From the NCBI GenBank assembly GCA_013265495.1, contig MU058037.1:1551498-1615497 (forward strand): 64,000 bases of DNA, read 5' to 3'. Below, piece after piece: positions 1 to 13,672 of the stretch. A program made the translations under genes and the position numbers. The stretch comes from Vicugna vicugna. Its lineage: Eukaryota. Positions within the stretch are counted from its first letter, which is position 1, and the number at the start of each line of letters is the position of its first letter. The notes beneath the pieces are model-generated. The model saw only the letters and a list, made by a program, of their open reading frames with translations, was not told the DNA's origin and ran no database searches.

Positions 1-468
1 AGCTGAAACTCTCTCAGAATTCCCTTCCCTGCATGGTGCTAGTTAGGACATGCATCTGTGCGACTTTAAGAGAAGACAAGTGAAGCAGCAGCCGTTCTGC
101 TGCGAAGGTCAGCAGATGGGGTCAGTCATTGCCGCAGCTCACACATACTGCCACCTTTCTGCTGGCTCACCTTGCTGGTATGGGTCAGCAGCCAGGCCTG
201 CAATTCCTTCAGCTCCTCTAAGTCATGAACCAGGAGACCACAAATCTCTAAGGCAGAGGGTACCAGCTCTGCTGTTGAAGTTGGAGGCAGGGTTTGAGTT
301 TGTGCTCAAGGGATCTAGTCCGTCTTGCTCTCCCCCTGGCTTCACATCCAGAATTTCTTCATAACCGCTGGCTCTGCTGAGCTGTCCTCACCAGCTCAGC
401 TAAGATCTAGCCCTTTAATCCGTGCCACTTAGTGCTTCTGCTTCCCTGACTGAACCCTAATCGACACA
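1..468 (+). mobile_element. ERVL-class LTR (LTR33/LTR41-like), cut by the window start
   Basis: GC-richer block ending ctgcttccctgactgaaccctaatcgacaca, resembling the recalled ERVL LTR 3' terminus. Subfamily uncertain. Confidence 0.6.
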
Positions 469-2349
469 TTGATTAATGCTCAAAGAGGACAGATGTTTTA
501 GTCCTAGAAGGCTTTCTGATTTGCTCATCAGGAGGTAAATTCCCTTCCAAGTAAATGAATTCACTTCTTTTCTATATGGTGTTAAGAATAGTTACTCTGA
601 GCCCAGCACAGTGGAACAAACTGTATGTGGAACAAAGTGTATGATTTACTTCTGAAACAGCCGAGTGAAGTATTATTATCTTCTTTTTACTGATGAGAAA
701 CAGGTTCAGAAATGTGTCTAAGTTCATATAGCTGACTTAAAGCTCATGTTCTATTAACTACAACATTATTCTTGGCCATTTGAATATTAGAAAAGACAAT
801 TCTCTTCTTTAATGTTGAACCCTTTTACCTGGAGGTGATTAGGTCCAAGTGCTCTAATGAGGCCACTCTAAATTTATGGTAATAAAAGAAATCAAGGAGA
901 AGGTTACTTATTCTCCTGTTTCCTACTTCAGGGAAGTTTGCACCTAGTTAATCTAAAATCATTTGCAAATAAAGAATAGGGATGGAAACACTGATCTGTT
1001 TCTCAACATTCCAGATTGCTTTGGGTTCAAGTCTACGAGGAAACTGTTTCCGCTTAGCCTGTTACATGTAGAGATGTTAAGAAACAGATTTAGCAATATC
1101 ATTTAGAACTGAGACTTCAGACTGAGCTCATGCACTTTGGTCCACTGCCAGTTGCTGTGATCCAAAAGCCAAAGAAGAATCCATGAAGGCTTCAAACAAT
1201 TTAACATTGTTCTGGGAAGTTATCTTCAAGAAACCAGGATGTAACAGAAGTCAGTAACTGCACCTTAAACTTCATTCTCACATAAGATCTGGGCCAAGAG
1301 ACCAGATATGTAGATAATAAAAAAGAGTCTTTGGATGAGATTTGGGCACATACAGCAAATCATTAGGCCTATAGTTTTGTGGAATCGGAGGATGCTGAAA
1401 CCATCAAGGAAGTAATGTATTTTAGGAGTTGAGTGAAGAAAATAATTTGATGTAAGTTATCGTCCTTCAAGCAGAAGAAGCTTTAAACAGTTCTGGGGTA
1501 AAATAATTGTACCCAGAGTTTCATTAAACTTGAGATGCTTGATTAAATGAATTTAGGTGGTGAGGTAACATGGGTAGGGTGATTATGGGAGCAAAAAAGG
1601 TCTATTGCCAACAAAACTTAAGGAAGTTTTCTGAGGCTGGGAGACACAAGCCTACAATGTGAAAGAGAATGAGGCTTCTTTAGCCTCTCTGATCAAGGCA
1701 GGTATGTCCCCAAATAGTTCATAATTACTTACCATAGCAACTAAGCCAAGGGCTTCTCATCAGAATTTATGTTTTATTTTATTTTTAAAGGCAACAAGGA
1801 ATTTGTAATAAGATTTAAATTTAATGAATTTCAACTTAATAAATTCCTAATTCAATCTTTCTCTGTCCTGTTTTGCATGATGCCTCACTAATTAAGCCAG
1901 ATTCTGTGTTTTGCTTCCTGGCAGCCATTATCTTACTAGGAACTAGCAGAATGTGGCCCACATTGGTTCAAAAGGACTGACTTCAGTTTCTCAATAATTT
2001 GTTTCTTACAGCGTGAGCAGAAATCTCTCTCAAGAGTGAGAGCATATCAGTGAATTTTTTAATTTTCTTTGAAAAATATTTAATTTATTAAACTTTAAAA
2101 ACTTCATAAAACATTTTCCAAACATTTTTAAATAGTATTTTCACAATCAATAAAATTTATGAATTTAATCAGTCTCCTAGGAATTCCATTAAGTCACAAG
2201 CCCTATACTTCAACTATTTCACAGGCTGCCAACACTTTAAAAGCCCCACATAACAATGAAAGCCAAGCGGATTACTGCTGCACTTAACCAATATAAAAGT
2301 GTTATATGTTTGGCTCTTTTTTTCAGTATTTCTACTTATTTTTGGAAGT

Positions 2350-3320
2350 CTTTTAATGATTACTAGTTTAAATAGTTATAGGATACTTAGATCATCGACT
2401 TCATCTTGGGAGTTTAGGTAGCTAGTACATTTTGGGGAATTGGACCATTTCATCTAAACTGTTAAACTTAAGTACACAGAGCTGTTCACAGCACTTCCTT
2501 ATTATTCTGCTAAAGTCCATGAGGTTTGTAGCGATAACCTCTCTTTCATTCCTGATACTGGTAATTTGAGTTTTCTCTCCTTTTTTTCTTTGTCAGTCTT
2601 GCTAGAAGTTTATAAATTTCTTTTTTGATTTTTCAAAAAATCTATACCTTTTGATTTGACCGATTTTCTGCTTTTCTGTTTTCAAATTTCGTTTCTATTG
2701 TCTTCCTTCTACTTGCTTATTTTTTGTTGTTCTTCTAATTTGTTGATTTGACACCTTTTTCCTTTTCTGATATAAGCATTTAGAGTTATAAAATTTCCCC
2801 TAAGTATATGTTGTGTTTTCATCTTCATTCAGTTCAATTTTCCTTGAGACTTCCTTTTTTATCTATGGATTATTTAAAAGTGTCTAATTTCCAAGTGGTT
2901 GGAGACAACTTATTTGTTAATTGTTATTGATTTCCAGTTTGATTCCATTATGGTTAGGGAACATACTTTGCATGATTTTTGTTCTTTTAAAATTAAGGTT
3001 TATCTTGTGACTAAAGATACGGTCTATCCTGATGAACATCCCATGCACAATTGAAAAGAATGTGTATTCTGGTTTTGGGAGTCAGTTAGATACCACCGGT
3101 GGGTAGTCATTCAGCACTTCTACACCCTTGCTGAGTTTTTGTTTAGTGGCTCTATCTACTGAGAGAGGGATGCTGAAGATCTCCATTACTATAAGGACAG
3201 ATCTGTCAGCTTCTCTTTTCAGTTCCATTGGACTTTGCTTCTAGTATTTTGAATCTCTGCTGTTTGATGCATATACATTCAAGACTGTCATGTTTTCTCA
3301 GTAAATGGACGCTTTTTATA
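2350..3320 (-). mobile_element. Old L1 (L1M-type) ORF2 fragment
   Basis: T-rich antisense L1 hallmarks: ctctttcattcctgatactggtaatttg, tgattccattatggttagggaacatactt, ttgaaaagaatgtgtattctg, ttttgaatctctgctgtttgatgcatatac. Confidence 0.85.
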
Positions 3321-4489
3321 CCTGCTGTGGTGGAGGAGGAACATTTTTTTTCATGGTTTTTGCAAAAGTAACTATTAGTATAAATGGGTTAGGAAACACA
3401 AGTGAATTTTCCTCATACTTTTCTTCATGGACTTGCATTCCATAAAACTGTTTCATATTTATAGATAAGTAAAGCCATGCTAGAAGGCAGAGTAAGCAAC
3501 CTGAAACAAACTAAAATTGATAGTCATGATGTCTCATGATAATATATAATGTAAAAAACAGCAACTCAAAACTACAGGTAACAAAAAAATCCTGATGATG
3601 TACCAATACAGCATCCCTCCCAGAAACTGTGGGAACCAGAACCATCTACACTTGGGGCTTGTGCAATAAGAGCACAACTGCACTGTCGGTTGCATGGCTA
3701 TCAGGCTTCTTGGAAAGACAGCAAATCAGAATACTCAGTAAACTCGAGTAATGCATTATTTAATGACTATTCGATTTATAACCTTCTAAAGTCATTTAGT
3801 AGGTTACTAGTAAGCAATATCTAGTCATAAGTGAAAATGAAAGCCTATGAAATTATGTTATTTTCTCGTTAGAATCAAAGGAAAAACCACCATTTCTGCC
3901 TCAGGGCTCAGCCACCAGGAGCCGTTTGCCAAGGACAGCCCATAGTTTGAGAATCACTGCTCTAGTGAAGTGCCCCAATGGGAAACACTTGTCACAGTCC
4001 AGGCTGTTCCCATGTAGGGCTTTGCCAGTGCTACTATGAATTTGGCATGAACACTCTAGACATAACTAAGTCATTCACAGGAATACAGAGAATACAGTAT
4101 GAATACAAGAATATTTAGAATGGATATCTAGCATGTCTGCATGCACCCCAGTGAGGAGAAACATCATGTCATATTGTACCGTGGCTGTCATCTAGGTGAG
4201 TAAAGTAAAAATGTGGAGCAAGTGGTTGTTATAAACAACTATTACCTCAGAGATGGCTATCTAGGCACTGAAACTAACTGCCCCCTTGTTTCAGTTACAT
4301 TGATCCTAAAACAATGCTGCTAAGTCAGGCAGATATTAGACAAATTGACTTTTATAACTGCAGATAAATTTCATTATAAATGTTTATAGGCTGACAATAT
4401 AGCATGTTTTTCACCTTTGTGATAATAATATCTCTGGCTTCTCTAACAGATAGTAAAATACTCATGACCAGGAATGGCTATTCATCTAA

Positions 4490-4710
4490 AAATGTGACTT
4501 TTGGAGCCAGACTGCTTGGAGTCATATTTCAAGTCTGCTACTTTCTGGTTGTATGACTATGAGCAATGTAAACTCTGTGTTTCTTCAAAATAGATATAAT
4601 AACCGTTGCAACCTCAGAAAGTCAACTTGAGGATTCAATAAGATAACGTATTTAAGTTTTTAGCATAGGAACTTAGTAAGCGATAGGTAAACATTAGCTA
4701 TTATTATTAG
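4490..4710 (+). mobile_element. MIR SINE
   Basis: ttttggagccagactgcttgg...gaggattcaataagataac...ttagctattattatt tail. Confidence 0.75.
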
Positions 4711-5139
4711 TAGTAGTGGTAATATTATTATTATTTATAATATATTCCACAACACTTCAATTGGGTCTTGAAGATGGTTGGCACTACTAGAATTACCGTT
4801 GAGTTTCTGCTAAAGTATGTTATTTTTTGAGGGGCAATTTGAAACACTTTGGACAAATGATAACTACTTCCACATGTTTAATTTTTTTAAATAAACAAAT
4901 AAATGAACGCCTTTGAGATTTAAATATTTCACAAAGAAAAGTATTTTCCCTTCCTTTCTTGTTATTGTGTGTTGGCAGAAAAAGAGTTTAAATATGATCA
5001 AGTGGAATAAAATGGTAATGAGAGTAAACATTAAATTAAGATATCTTCCATTTGCTCGAAATAACAGCATAAAACTGAACAAGTTTGCTGTTGGTGGTGG
5101 TCTTGCCCATTCTGGTACATTAGAGAGAAACTCTGCCAA

Positions 5140-5290
5140 TGTTCAAATCCCAGCTCCACCACTTAACTACTTATTAATCCCTGTGCCTCAGCTTTCTTGA
5201 CTGTAAAAATAGGGATAACACCAGCACATTCCTCATAGGTTTTTTATGAGGATTAAATGAGTTAAAATTTGCAAATTACTTAAAATAGTC
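5140..5290 (+). mobile_element. MIR SINE fragment
   Basis: gttcaaatcccagctccaccacttaact...ctgtgcctcagctttc...ctgtaaaaatagggataa...tgaggattaaatgag (MIR core). Confidence 0.85.
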
Positions 5291-6574
5291 TCTGTTTCAT
5301 AATCTTTATTTACTTGTTAAATTTCCAAAATAAGATGTCTTTTAGCAGCTCTACCCCTTTTCCCTCTAGAACCTCCACCAAAAATCCCTTCACAATTGGA
5401 TAAGAATGGCTAAAAGTACTTATCAGAAATAAGTTATATCCTAAATTAACCAAGACAAGCCACACAAATGTTGGAATGTTATGAAAGGAATTATTCAGAT
5501 TTTTAAACATCTACTTAAAGTCTGTTTTAAATAAGCCACCTAAAATTACATTATTCAGTTTATGAGAGTATACCTGCATGTTGTATCCATTATCACATTT
5601 TATTTTTCTGGTATCTTCACATGTAGATTTAAAATAAATTATTATTTTGTTTATGGATTTAATTCATCAGCTTTAATGTGAGAGTAAAGTGTCATGTGTA
5701 TATAATAATAAGGCCAAAAATGAATCCTGAATCTAATGATTCTTTATCTAAAGGCTTTTATCACGACATTTGGATTTCACAACACACACATGCACACAGA
5801 CACTACTGTCTGCTTTTTCTTCATATGCTCTCAGGTCAGACGAGGGCTCTGGCAGCTAACAACTCCCACATTTTCAGACAGAATTGTTGAGTAGGTATAA
5901 CAAATTCATACTCTTTTGCAAAATGCTGTAACATGCTTGGCTGACAGGCATACTGGGATCTCCATAGTGAGAGGGCAGTGATAGGAAGAGAGCAAGAACT
6001 AGGTGGACTTGAAGCTCTGAGCTAGAGCAGAGGCGAGCCTGAGGGGGAGCTAATCCTGCTGCACTGGTGACATCTGTGGAGCAGAGAAGTATATCACTCT
6101 GAGTAAAGGTGCAAACTGGGACCTGCTTTGATAGGGAGTCCAACATGGTGAGTGTAAATTACTAGATGCTTCCAATACTCTTTTAAGTGGGTGGGTGGTC
6201 AGAGTTAGGCTCCACATGGTCTGTCATTGGTATCAGTAAATCAGCCAAACACCTTGGAGGAGGGGCCAATAAGGGCAGGGCTCCAATCTTTGGAATGAAA
6301 TGGAAAGTTAATTGATAAAAGAAAGTAGAATTTAGTCATGTGGACTAGACAAACATGACAGAGGACATTCAGAGCCCTAGGCTCTCCCCAGGCACATGGG
6401 ACATGGAGCCTATGGCAATAAGTTCCTTGTGATTCCCACTATGAATACACTCCAACTGAAGGCCTGCTTGTGCCAGGCAGGGCTGGTCTAAGACATGGAG
6501 GTGGCTCTGTTTTTGCAGGCTGAGGACAACAACTGAGGGATACAGACGAAGGCAACGATGTTCCTGTCACATTC

Positions 6575-7000
6575 ACTCACTCTTTTTCATTTATTCATCA
6601 CACTTTTACTAATCACTTATAAGGTACTAGACCTAGACTAGGTATTGAAACATAGTGCTGAACAAAATGGAGAAACTATCCTTTCCCTCCCATGGACATT
6701 CCCTCCTTGCCATGTACAGTGAAGAAAGACACTAAGCAGATAATCACACAAATAAATAGATAATTACAAACCATAAGAAAGTTTTTGAATAAATATACAG
6801 GGTGCTAAGAGACTATAATAGGAGAAACTGATTTAGTTTAGGGGGTAGTGATCAGGGAAAGTCTCTCTGCAATTTCAGGTTAAGGAGTCAGCCACGGGAA
6901 AAGAAGGGATAGAAACACTGTCAGTAGAGGGAAGAACATGTCAAAAAGAAAAGAGGTGGCGAAGACTGGTGGATGATCAGGGTAGTTAGAGTATAGGGAA
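6575..7000 (-). mobile_element. L2 LINE 3' fragment
   Basis: cattcactcactc/tttattcatca L2 tail in antisense, followed by gtgctgaacaaaatgg and ataatcacacaaataaatag motifs. Confidence 0.7.
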
Positions 7001-8014
7001 CAATTTCCTTCCAAATAAATTTAAGAAAAATACATAAACTGAATAACAGATACATGGGGTTAATTTTTAAAATTATGTATTTTATAATACCATAAACTTT
7101 AAAATCTTCTTTATTATTATATAAACATTTCTGCTATAATTGCTAGCAGAAATGAGTCACACTGAAGTCAAACTGTATTTGCCTGGCTTTGTGTATCTTC
7201 ATTGTGCTGCTTTCTAGAACAGACTAACGGGGATTGTAATCTAGATCTGCTTAGAAGAAATATTCTCCACACACACACCTTTAGTAAACTGTTTAAGGGT
7301 ATTTACTGCTGATATGATCCTTCTATTAAATTCAACTAGATTTTGTTTAAATTGGAACTCAGACCACATGAAGCTAGTATTACAGCAGAAATAGCAGCTT
7401 ATGAAACTCAGTATTCAATCTTTATAGTCCTCTTCAGCTTAAGTCCCATTTTATCAAAAATAGTTGTGTTATCCAAAGGAATAATTGGTAAGAATGAAAA
7501 CTAATGGTAAGAAAGAAGACTAATGGTTTGCCATGAATGTGACTGCATTACATATTGATAGTGATCTGGTGTTTTAGGAAAATCAACATAAGGAAACATC
7601 TTTTTATTTGATATAACTATGTACATACAGATAAAAAATAAAACAAAAATTCCTGTGAAATATAAAAAGCAATCATTTAAGTATGTGCTATTTTGTCTCC
7701 AAGGTCCAGGCAGTTTTAACTATAATACTCTGTAGTTTCAGCAATAGATCACGCTGAGTAACTACTTGTGCTTTATAACAGCTGCAGCTCTGTATGTTTT
7801 TATGAACTTAATAAAAAATAGTAACATAGAGCAACAGAGAAGCCTGGGTAGAAATCAATCCAGTTACTGAAAATGTTATTAAAATCAACATATGAGTGCA
7901 CATGTTTCTTCAAGTCAAACTTTTTGAAAATTCACTCATTTAGTCATTAAAGCACAATTTTTTTTGTGTATGCAATGCCTACTATGCATGGAGGACCAAG
8001 CAGAGAGTGGAAAG

Positions 8015-8200
8015 ACCCCTGGAGTAGGTGATCTGGGTTCTAGTCCTTACTGTGACATTTTTTTTTCCAACACAGCTTTGGGTAAACCACTTAACTTAAC
8101 GAATTTGAGTTTCATCATTTGCAAATATAGTTGTGAGGTTCAAAAGCTATAACAAATGTGGAAATTCCCTTGATAACTGTGAAAGCACTAAATAAGTGCA
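8015..8200 (+). mobile_element. MIR-family SINE
   Basis: ctgggttctagtcc...ctttgggtaaaccacttaac...gagtttcatcatttgcaaa. Confidence 0.7.
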
Positions 8201-8539
8201 AGTAATGTCCTCAAAGGAACTAAAGAGTCTAATAAAAAACCCAACAATGAAAGTTCTTTCTTTTTGAACACTGGTTAGTTAACAGGCATCTAACATGTAC
8301 TTTGGGGCTAACAATTATTTAGCTTCTCTTAAACCATAGAATAGTTAGAAAATGTTCAGCCTTCTATTCTGAAATTAGTGGGCCAGTGTTACATGGGAGG
8401 ACTTCCCCCATGAATAACAATATTCCTTACCCTGTGCTGTCCCTCTGTCAAAAGTTAGTTGAGATAAATATCATCTATCTGGAAAATACCATGTTACAGA
8501 CTCAGGACACAGAATAAAAGTAGGAGGCAAAAGTAGGCC

Positions 8540-8680
8540 CTCTGATTTCTTTCTTGGAATAAACTACTAGAAGTGAAGTTACTAGACCAGGCTTTTGATA
8601 CATGTAACTAAATAATGCCCTTCAGAAAGATGGTAACAATTTATACTCCTCAACAACACACAAGATTCCTGATTACCAGT
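8540..8680 (-). mobile_element. Old L1 (L1ME-like) fragment
   Basis: ctagaagtgaagttactag...cccttcagaaagatggtaacaatttatactcc. Confidence 0.6.
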
Positions 8681-9619
8681 TTCACTTTTTACTATCTTCC
8701 ATAATTTAATAACTCTAAATACACACGACTCATCCACTTTTCCTCTTTGCACAGTATACTCCTGTTCAGATGTGCATGGCAGAATGGTACAGGCTGAATG
8801 TTTAAATGAGTCTTCAATGGCTTACGGCTCCTCTTACGATAAATTCAAACTCTTTACTAGTTTACACACTCCAGGTAAAGTGGCCTCTTCTTCCCTCTCT
8901 AGCCTGATCTCTCACTATCATCTTCGCTCTCGAATGGGCCGGCTGTCTAATGTTTAGATCTCCATTCAGGCTATTACTTCTGAGTGGAACACTGGATTAG
9001 AGAGGGAGCTTAGCCTTAAGACAGCATTTCTGACTAGTGATAGCAAAAGTGGCCCCTATCATACAGCCATGAGTATGGATTTCAGAATGACTGCAAATAT
9101 CTGTAGAAAAAAAGAATAATCTGACTTGTCAGTTATTTAAAGGAGCAGGTTTTGATATGGATACTATTCTCTTGGAGAGGAAGAGGCTTGGGAGTATTTA
9201 ACTGGGGACAGGAGAGGGTAGAGAAAGAGCCCCCAACAGTGCTAACTACACTCCTACTTCAACCCAAAATAAATGAAAATGTTTTTCTACACTTTAGTTT
9301 TATGAGAGAGCTACAGAATAAGTAAATAGGTGATTTAAAAGATTTACTCAGAAAAACAATTCAAGTATAAGTTATTATATCTTTCACACCTTGTATATCT
9401 AGATGGTCTACTTTTGATAGCAGTAACAGATTAAATTTTTTTGATACTTGAGCACTAAGTATAGTTGTTCAAGTTACTTAAAAACCTGTAGTCCATGTTT
9501 CTGAAGGGCTCCTAAGAAGAAGCTATAGTCCCACTGGCACAAAAAACTCTCTTTTAACCAAAATGTCATAAAATGGGTTTATTGTGTGAATTTAATGTCC
9601 TGGATAACAGGATTCTCAG

Positions 9620-10320
9620 CCTCCACAATGCCATTGTCCTAGTTTCTCACCATCCATCTGCCTGGGCTTAATGGCCCTGCCTTTGGCCTCATACTTCTTG
9701 ATCTATGTTCTGTACCAGAGAGATCCAACGGGCCAATCACATCACGTAAGTCCCCAGGTCAAAATTCTTCAATATCTCTTTATCACTGCAGGCAAGAGCC
9801 TAAGTACTTTATCATAAAATTCCCGATCTAAGCCCTGCCTACCCCTCTAGGCCCATCTACTACCCCTTCTCATATGCTTTTCCTCAATATTTTTAATTGA
9901 TGTATAGTCAGTTTACAATGTTCTGTGGTGTGTTTTTCAGCTGAAGTATAGTCGACCTTCAATTTTTTTATGAACAAGTAATTCTGAGCCACATGAAGTC
10001 CCTGGAACATGTCTTATCTGCCCACATTTGTGGCACACCTCCATATGTCTTCTCACAAAAATACGGCTACTAATCTTTCACTCTTTGCCCAAATGCTCCC
10101 CATTCTGAAGCCTTTTCTCACTTCCCAAGAAGGCCAAGACTCTCCTTCTCCTACATTCCTTCTACACTTCTTGCACCCATCCATTCCAAATTGTATTGGG
10201 ACTGTTGGTGTTTCTTTCTTTCCATATAACAGTATGCTACGTCTTCCCATTTTCACCTCGAGCACCATGATCCAAGTCTACTGCATAGTAGACACACATT
10301 TTTAAATGAAATCATGAATA
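9620..10320 (+). mobile_element. Degenerate L2 fragment interrupted by a short insertion near 9896-9958
   Basis: Pyrimidine-rich L2-like motifs (aaaattcttcaat, gatctaagccctgcctacccctctag) and a tail resembling catagtagacac...aaatgaa. Confidence 0.55.
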
Positions 10321-10637
10321 TATTAAAAATCCTCTTTAATGTTGAATTTTATAGCTATTCATTTACTGTGTATTATCACACTGATGATTAATCAGCTAAT
10401 TATTACTTTCCATCAATTCGGTGCATACTAAGTTGTTTCATTAAAAATGTAACCTGCTATAACATATAAACTCATTGAATATACGAACTGAAGAACAAAT
10501 CAATAGCCATCATTTTTTTGAGGGCATGAACTCTCAGTTAAGGATCTTTTGCAAAAATCTGGCAAGAGGATAAAAATAAGTAATTTGGAATTTATCCCAA
10601 AGAGTCATATGCCAGTCTGTCAATAAAACTGTTATTA

Positions 10638-10940
<303 letters not shown>

Positions 10941-11907
10941 CTAATTGTGCTATTAGATTTCATTTCAGAAATGTAACTTGATTTAATTTATAAAATATCT
11001 ATATAGTGAAAATATAGTGGATCTTAATTATTTGGGATCATAGGGCAATAAGAAATAGATAGCCTATAGATTCTTTTTCCAAGTTTCAGCTCTGAACCAA
11101 TTATATCAGAATCACCTGTAGAACTTGAATCAAAAGTTCTGGGTATGTGTCTCATAAAACTTTTGACAAGCACCCCCAGGGAGACTCTGCTAAAATGACA
11201 CACAGGATGACAAACACTGACCTGTGGTAGGCTAGGGAGCATCCTTGTAGAAGTTAAAGCCCACATTATGGACCAATAGTGAGGAAACTTAGCTTATGAA
11301 ATCTAAGCTTAAATTGATAGCCAGCACTTACAGTAAGTACTTCATAGGGCTTTTTTTCCTCAAGATGTCACTATCATATCAAGTCCCAAAAAAGTGACTC
11401 AGAGTGGCATAAGTGTTTCTGTTTTTATTTTTTTCTTAATTCTATAAAACAGATGAGGTTAGAAACTGAAGTTTGGGAAATGGAGCTAATATACAGATGT
11501 AAAGGAATCTGTCAATGTTCCTATATTTACCAACATTTTCAGAAATGCTCACTCTATAAAACAAATGTTAAGACTAAAGAAGCAGATATCCATGCTTGCT
11601 TATCCCTGTGTAATCTGTGGATCTATGCATTAAATAAATTCTGTACACTGGCTAGAAATAACATGCAAATGGGTTAAACATAAAGGAAGCTTAATGAGCT
11701 TAGGTTCTATGAACAGTTTTTTGCTTTGTATTGATTTATTTTATTTTCATCTACAACCTTATGGATCTCATTTCAGAAAATGGAAGTAGCAGCATGACCC
11801 ACTGGGTCCACCATATTCACACTTGGTTGAATCCTATTTAGTAGTGAGACTTCCTGTTGCTCTCTCCACTGCTCACCTCAATAGGATAAGTGAACATAAA
11901 AACTTAC

Positions 11908-11956
11908 TTTTGGTAGATACTTCAAGTGTAGCCCACCCCCAAGTAAGAAGATAACC
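11908..11956 (-). other. Candidate 49-nt stop-containing (poison) cassette exon of CNKSR2
   Basis: ctgctttgctttttttttctcttctgtttgctgttcag|GGTTAT...CCAAAA|gtaagt, with in-frame TGA at 11922-11924. Prediction only. Confidence 0.45.
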
Positions 11957-12448
11957 CTGAACAGCAAACAGAAGAGAAAAAAAAGCAAAGCAGTTTTTTT
12001 TCCATTTCTATGTGGTTTTCATTAGATTCACTGGCCCAGTTTCTATTAGCTTTTACCCATGTGCTTCAAAACTCATTTCAAGGTTATATTAATACAAAAG
12101 TAGTGAGGTTGCATTGCGGACCAATGGGGACTGATCACAAAGTCTTCCTATTCACTGAACTTAATTCTTTAATGCAGTTTCACACTTCTGACCTTGTTTT
12201 CCAAATATTAACTTCCAAATAACAATCAGATATTAATTTTTTACACTGTTACTTATCTACCCTGAATCCCTGAGAAGGCATTCAGGGAAGATATCTACTT
12301 AACAACAGATCAAGATAGTTAAAGATTGGTCTGAGTTGGTTTGGGCGTACCATAAAGACAAAGAGAGAATGAAAAGTTTTCCACTGAAGCCATAACATCC
12401 TATTTAAAGAACATTTAAATTTGCTGTTTGTTTCAACAACCCAGCCTA

Positions 12449-12586
<138 letters not shown>

Positions 12587-13474
12587 TCACATTGTTTTTC
12601 TTCCCCATGTCCGCTCAAACTTAAACTGACTTTTAGCTACAGTCTGCAAAACACACTCACTCATATGCAACATTATGGTTGGCATTTGTGTAGATGAAAA
12701 ATATGTGTGTTTTGAGCCAGAAGGTGAAACTGCCTGTGGCAATTGGCCAGGTTATAATGCAAACTTAAGGCACTTTTTATAAATAATAAAGAACAGCTTA
12801 GGTTTGCTCTCTTTGGAGCCCCAGATTTTAATTAAGAGTGTGGTCCTTTACAAAGAGGATCATTATTTTAGTGACATCATTTTCAATAACTGGATCTCTG
12901 TCTTATTCTCCAATGCCCAAGAGTCTAAATCTTGATAGCCAATCTCCAAGATAGTAGCCCCTTGTGTTTAACCTGCCTGCCAGAACAGTAACCCATTGTT
13001 TCATGTTGGAACACTACAATACTAATTTCCCATCTTCACTGCCTCCTAAACTCCTACATTTTGGATACCACCATGCTTCAGCAGTATGGCTAGATTTGCT
13101 TTTCTGGCCTATAACTGGGTCTGCCCCAAGCATCACTTTTGCTGTTGTAAACTCTAGTTTCCAGATCCAAGTAATCACTAGTTTGGTCTGTCCCATTTCC
13201 CTCTGGGTCTGTATTCTTATTTAACAGCATTTAGCAAGCAGAACTCATGGCATAGACTTTAAGGATAACTTTTTGGTGAGGCTGCAATGTACTATTTCTG
13301 ACCAACTTGAAATTTCTGAAGCACAAAACAGCCAAAAGAAAACCATACAAAAGTTTAAAAAGGATACCTAGCACAATGCTTGACGTTTAATAGTTGCCTA
13401 GTAAGTTTGGAATGAATGAAAAGTAAAGACTCACAGGAGACTAGATCATAATAATAACGATGATTATGATTATC

Positions 13475-13672
13475 ATAATAGTACTAACATATGCCACATA
13501 CTATCTAAGGGTTTTATATGTATTAAATTGTTTAATTCTCATAATTATGAGAAATACACTATTACTTTCATTTTACCAGATGAATAACCTGGGACAGGTT
13601 ATGTAACTTGCCCAAGGACACTCAGTTGGTAAGTGTGTAGTAGCAGGGTTCAAACCTAAGCACTCAGATACT
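13475..13672 (-). mobile_element. MIR SINE
   Basis: cattttaccagatgaataacctg...ggttatgtaacttgcccaaggacactcag...gggttcaaacctaag. Confidence 0.8.

Noticed and set aside
611..642. Short tandem duplications (16-mer gtggaacaaa[c/g]tgtat x2; others near 7485-7527 and 25672-25693)
   Set aside because: Two-copy slippage events without spacers. Not CRISPR-like and no functional signal.
5870..6570. GC-richer blocks that look like decayed LTR sequence
   Set aside because: I could not assign a family or boundaries with confidence.
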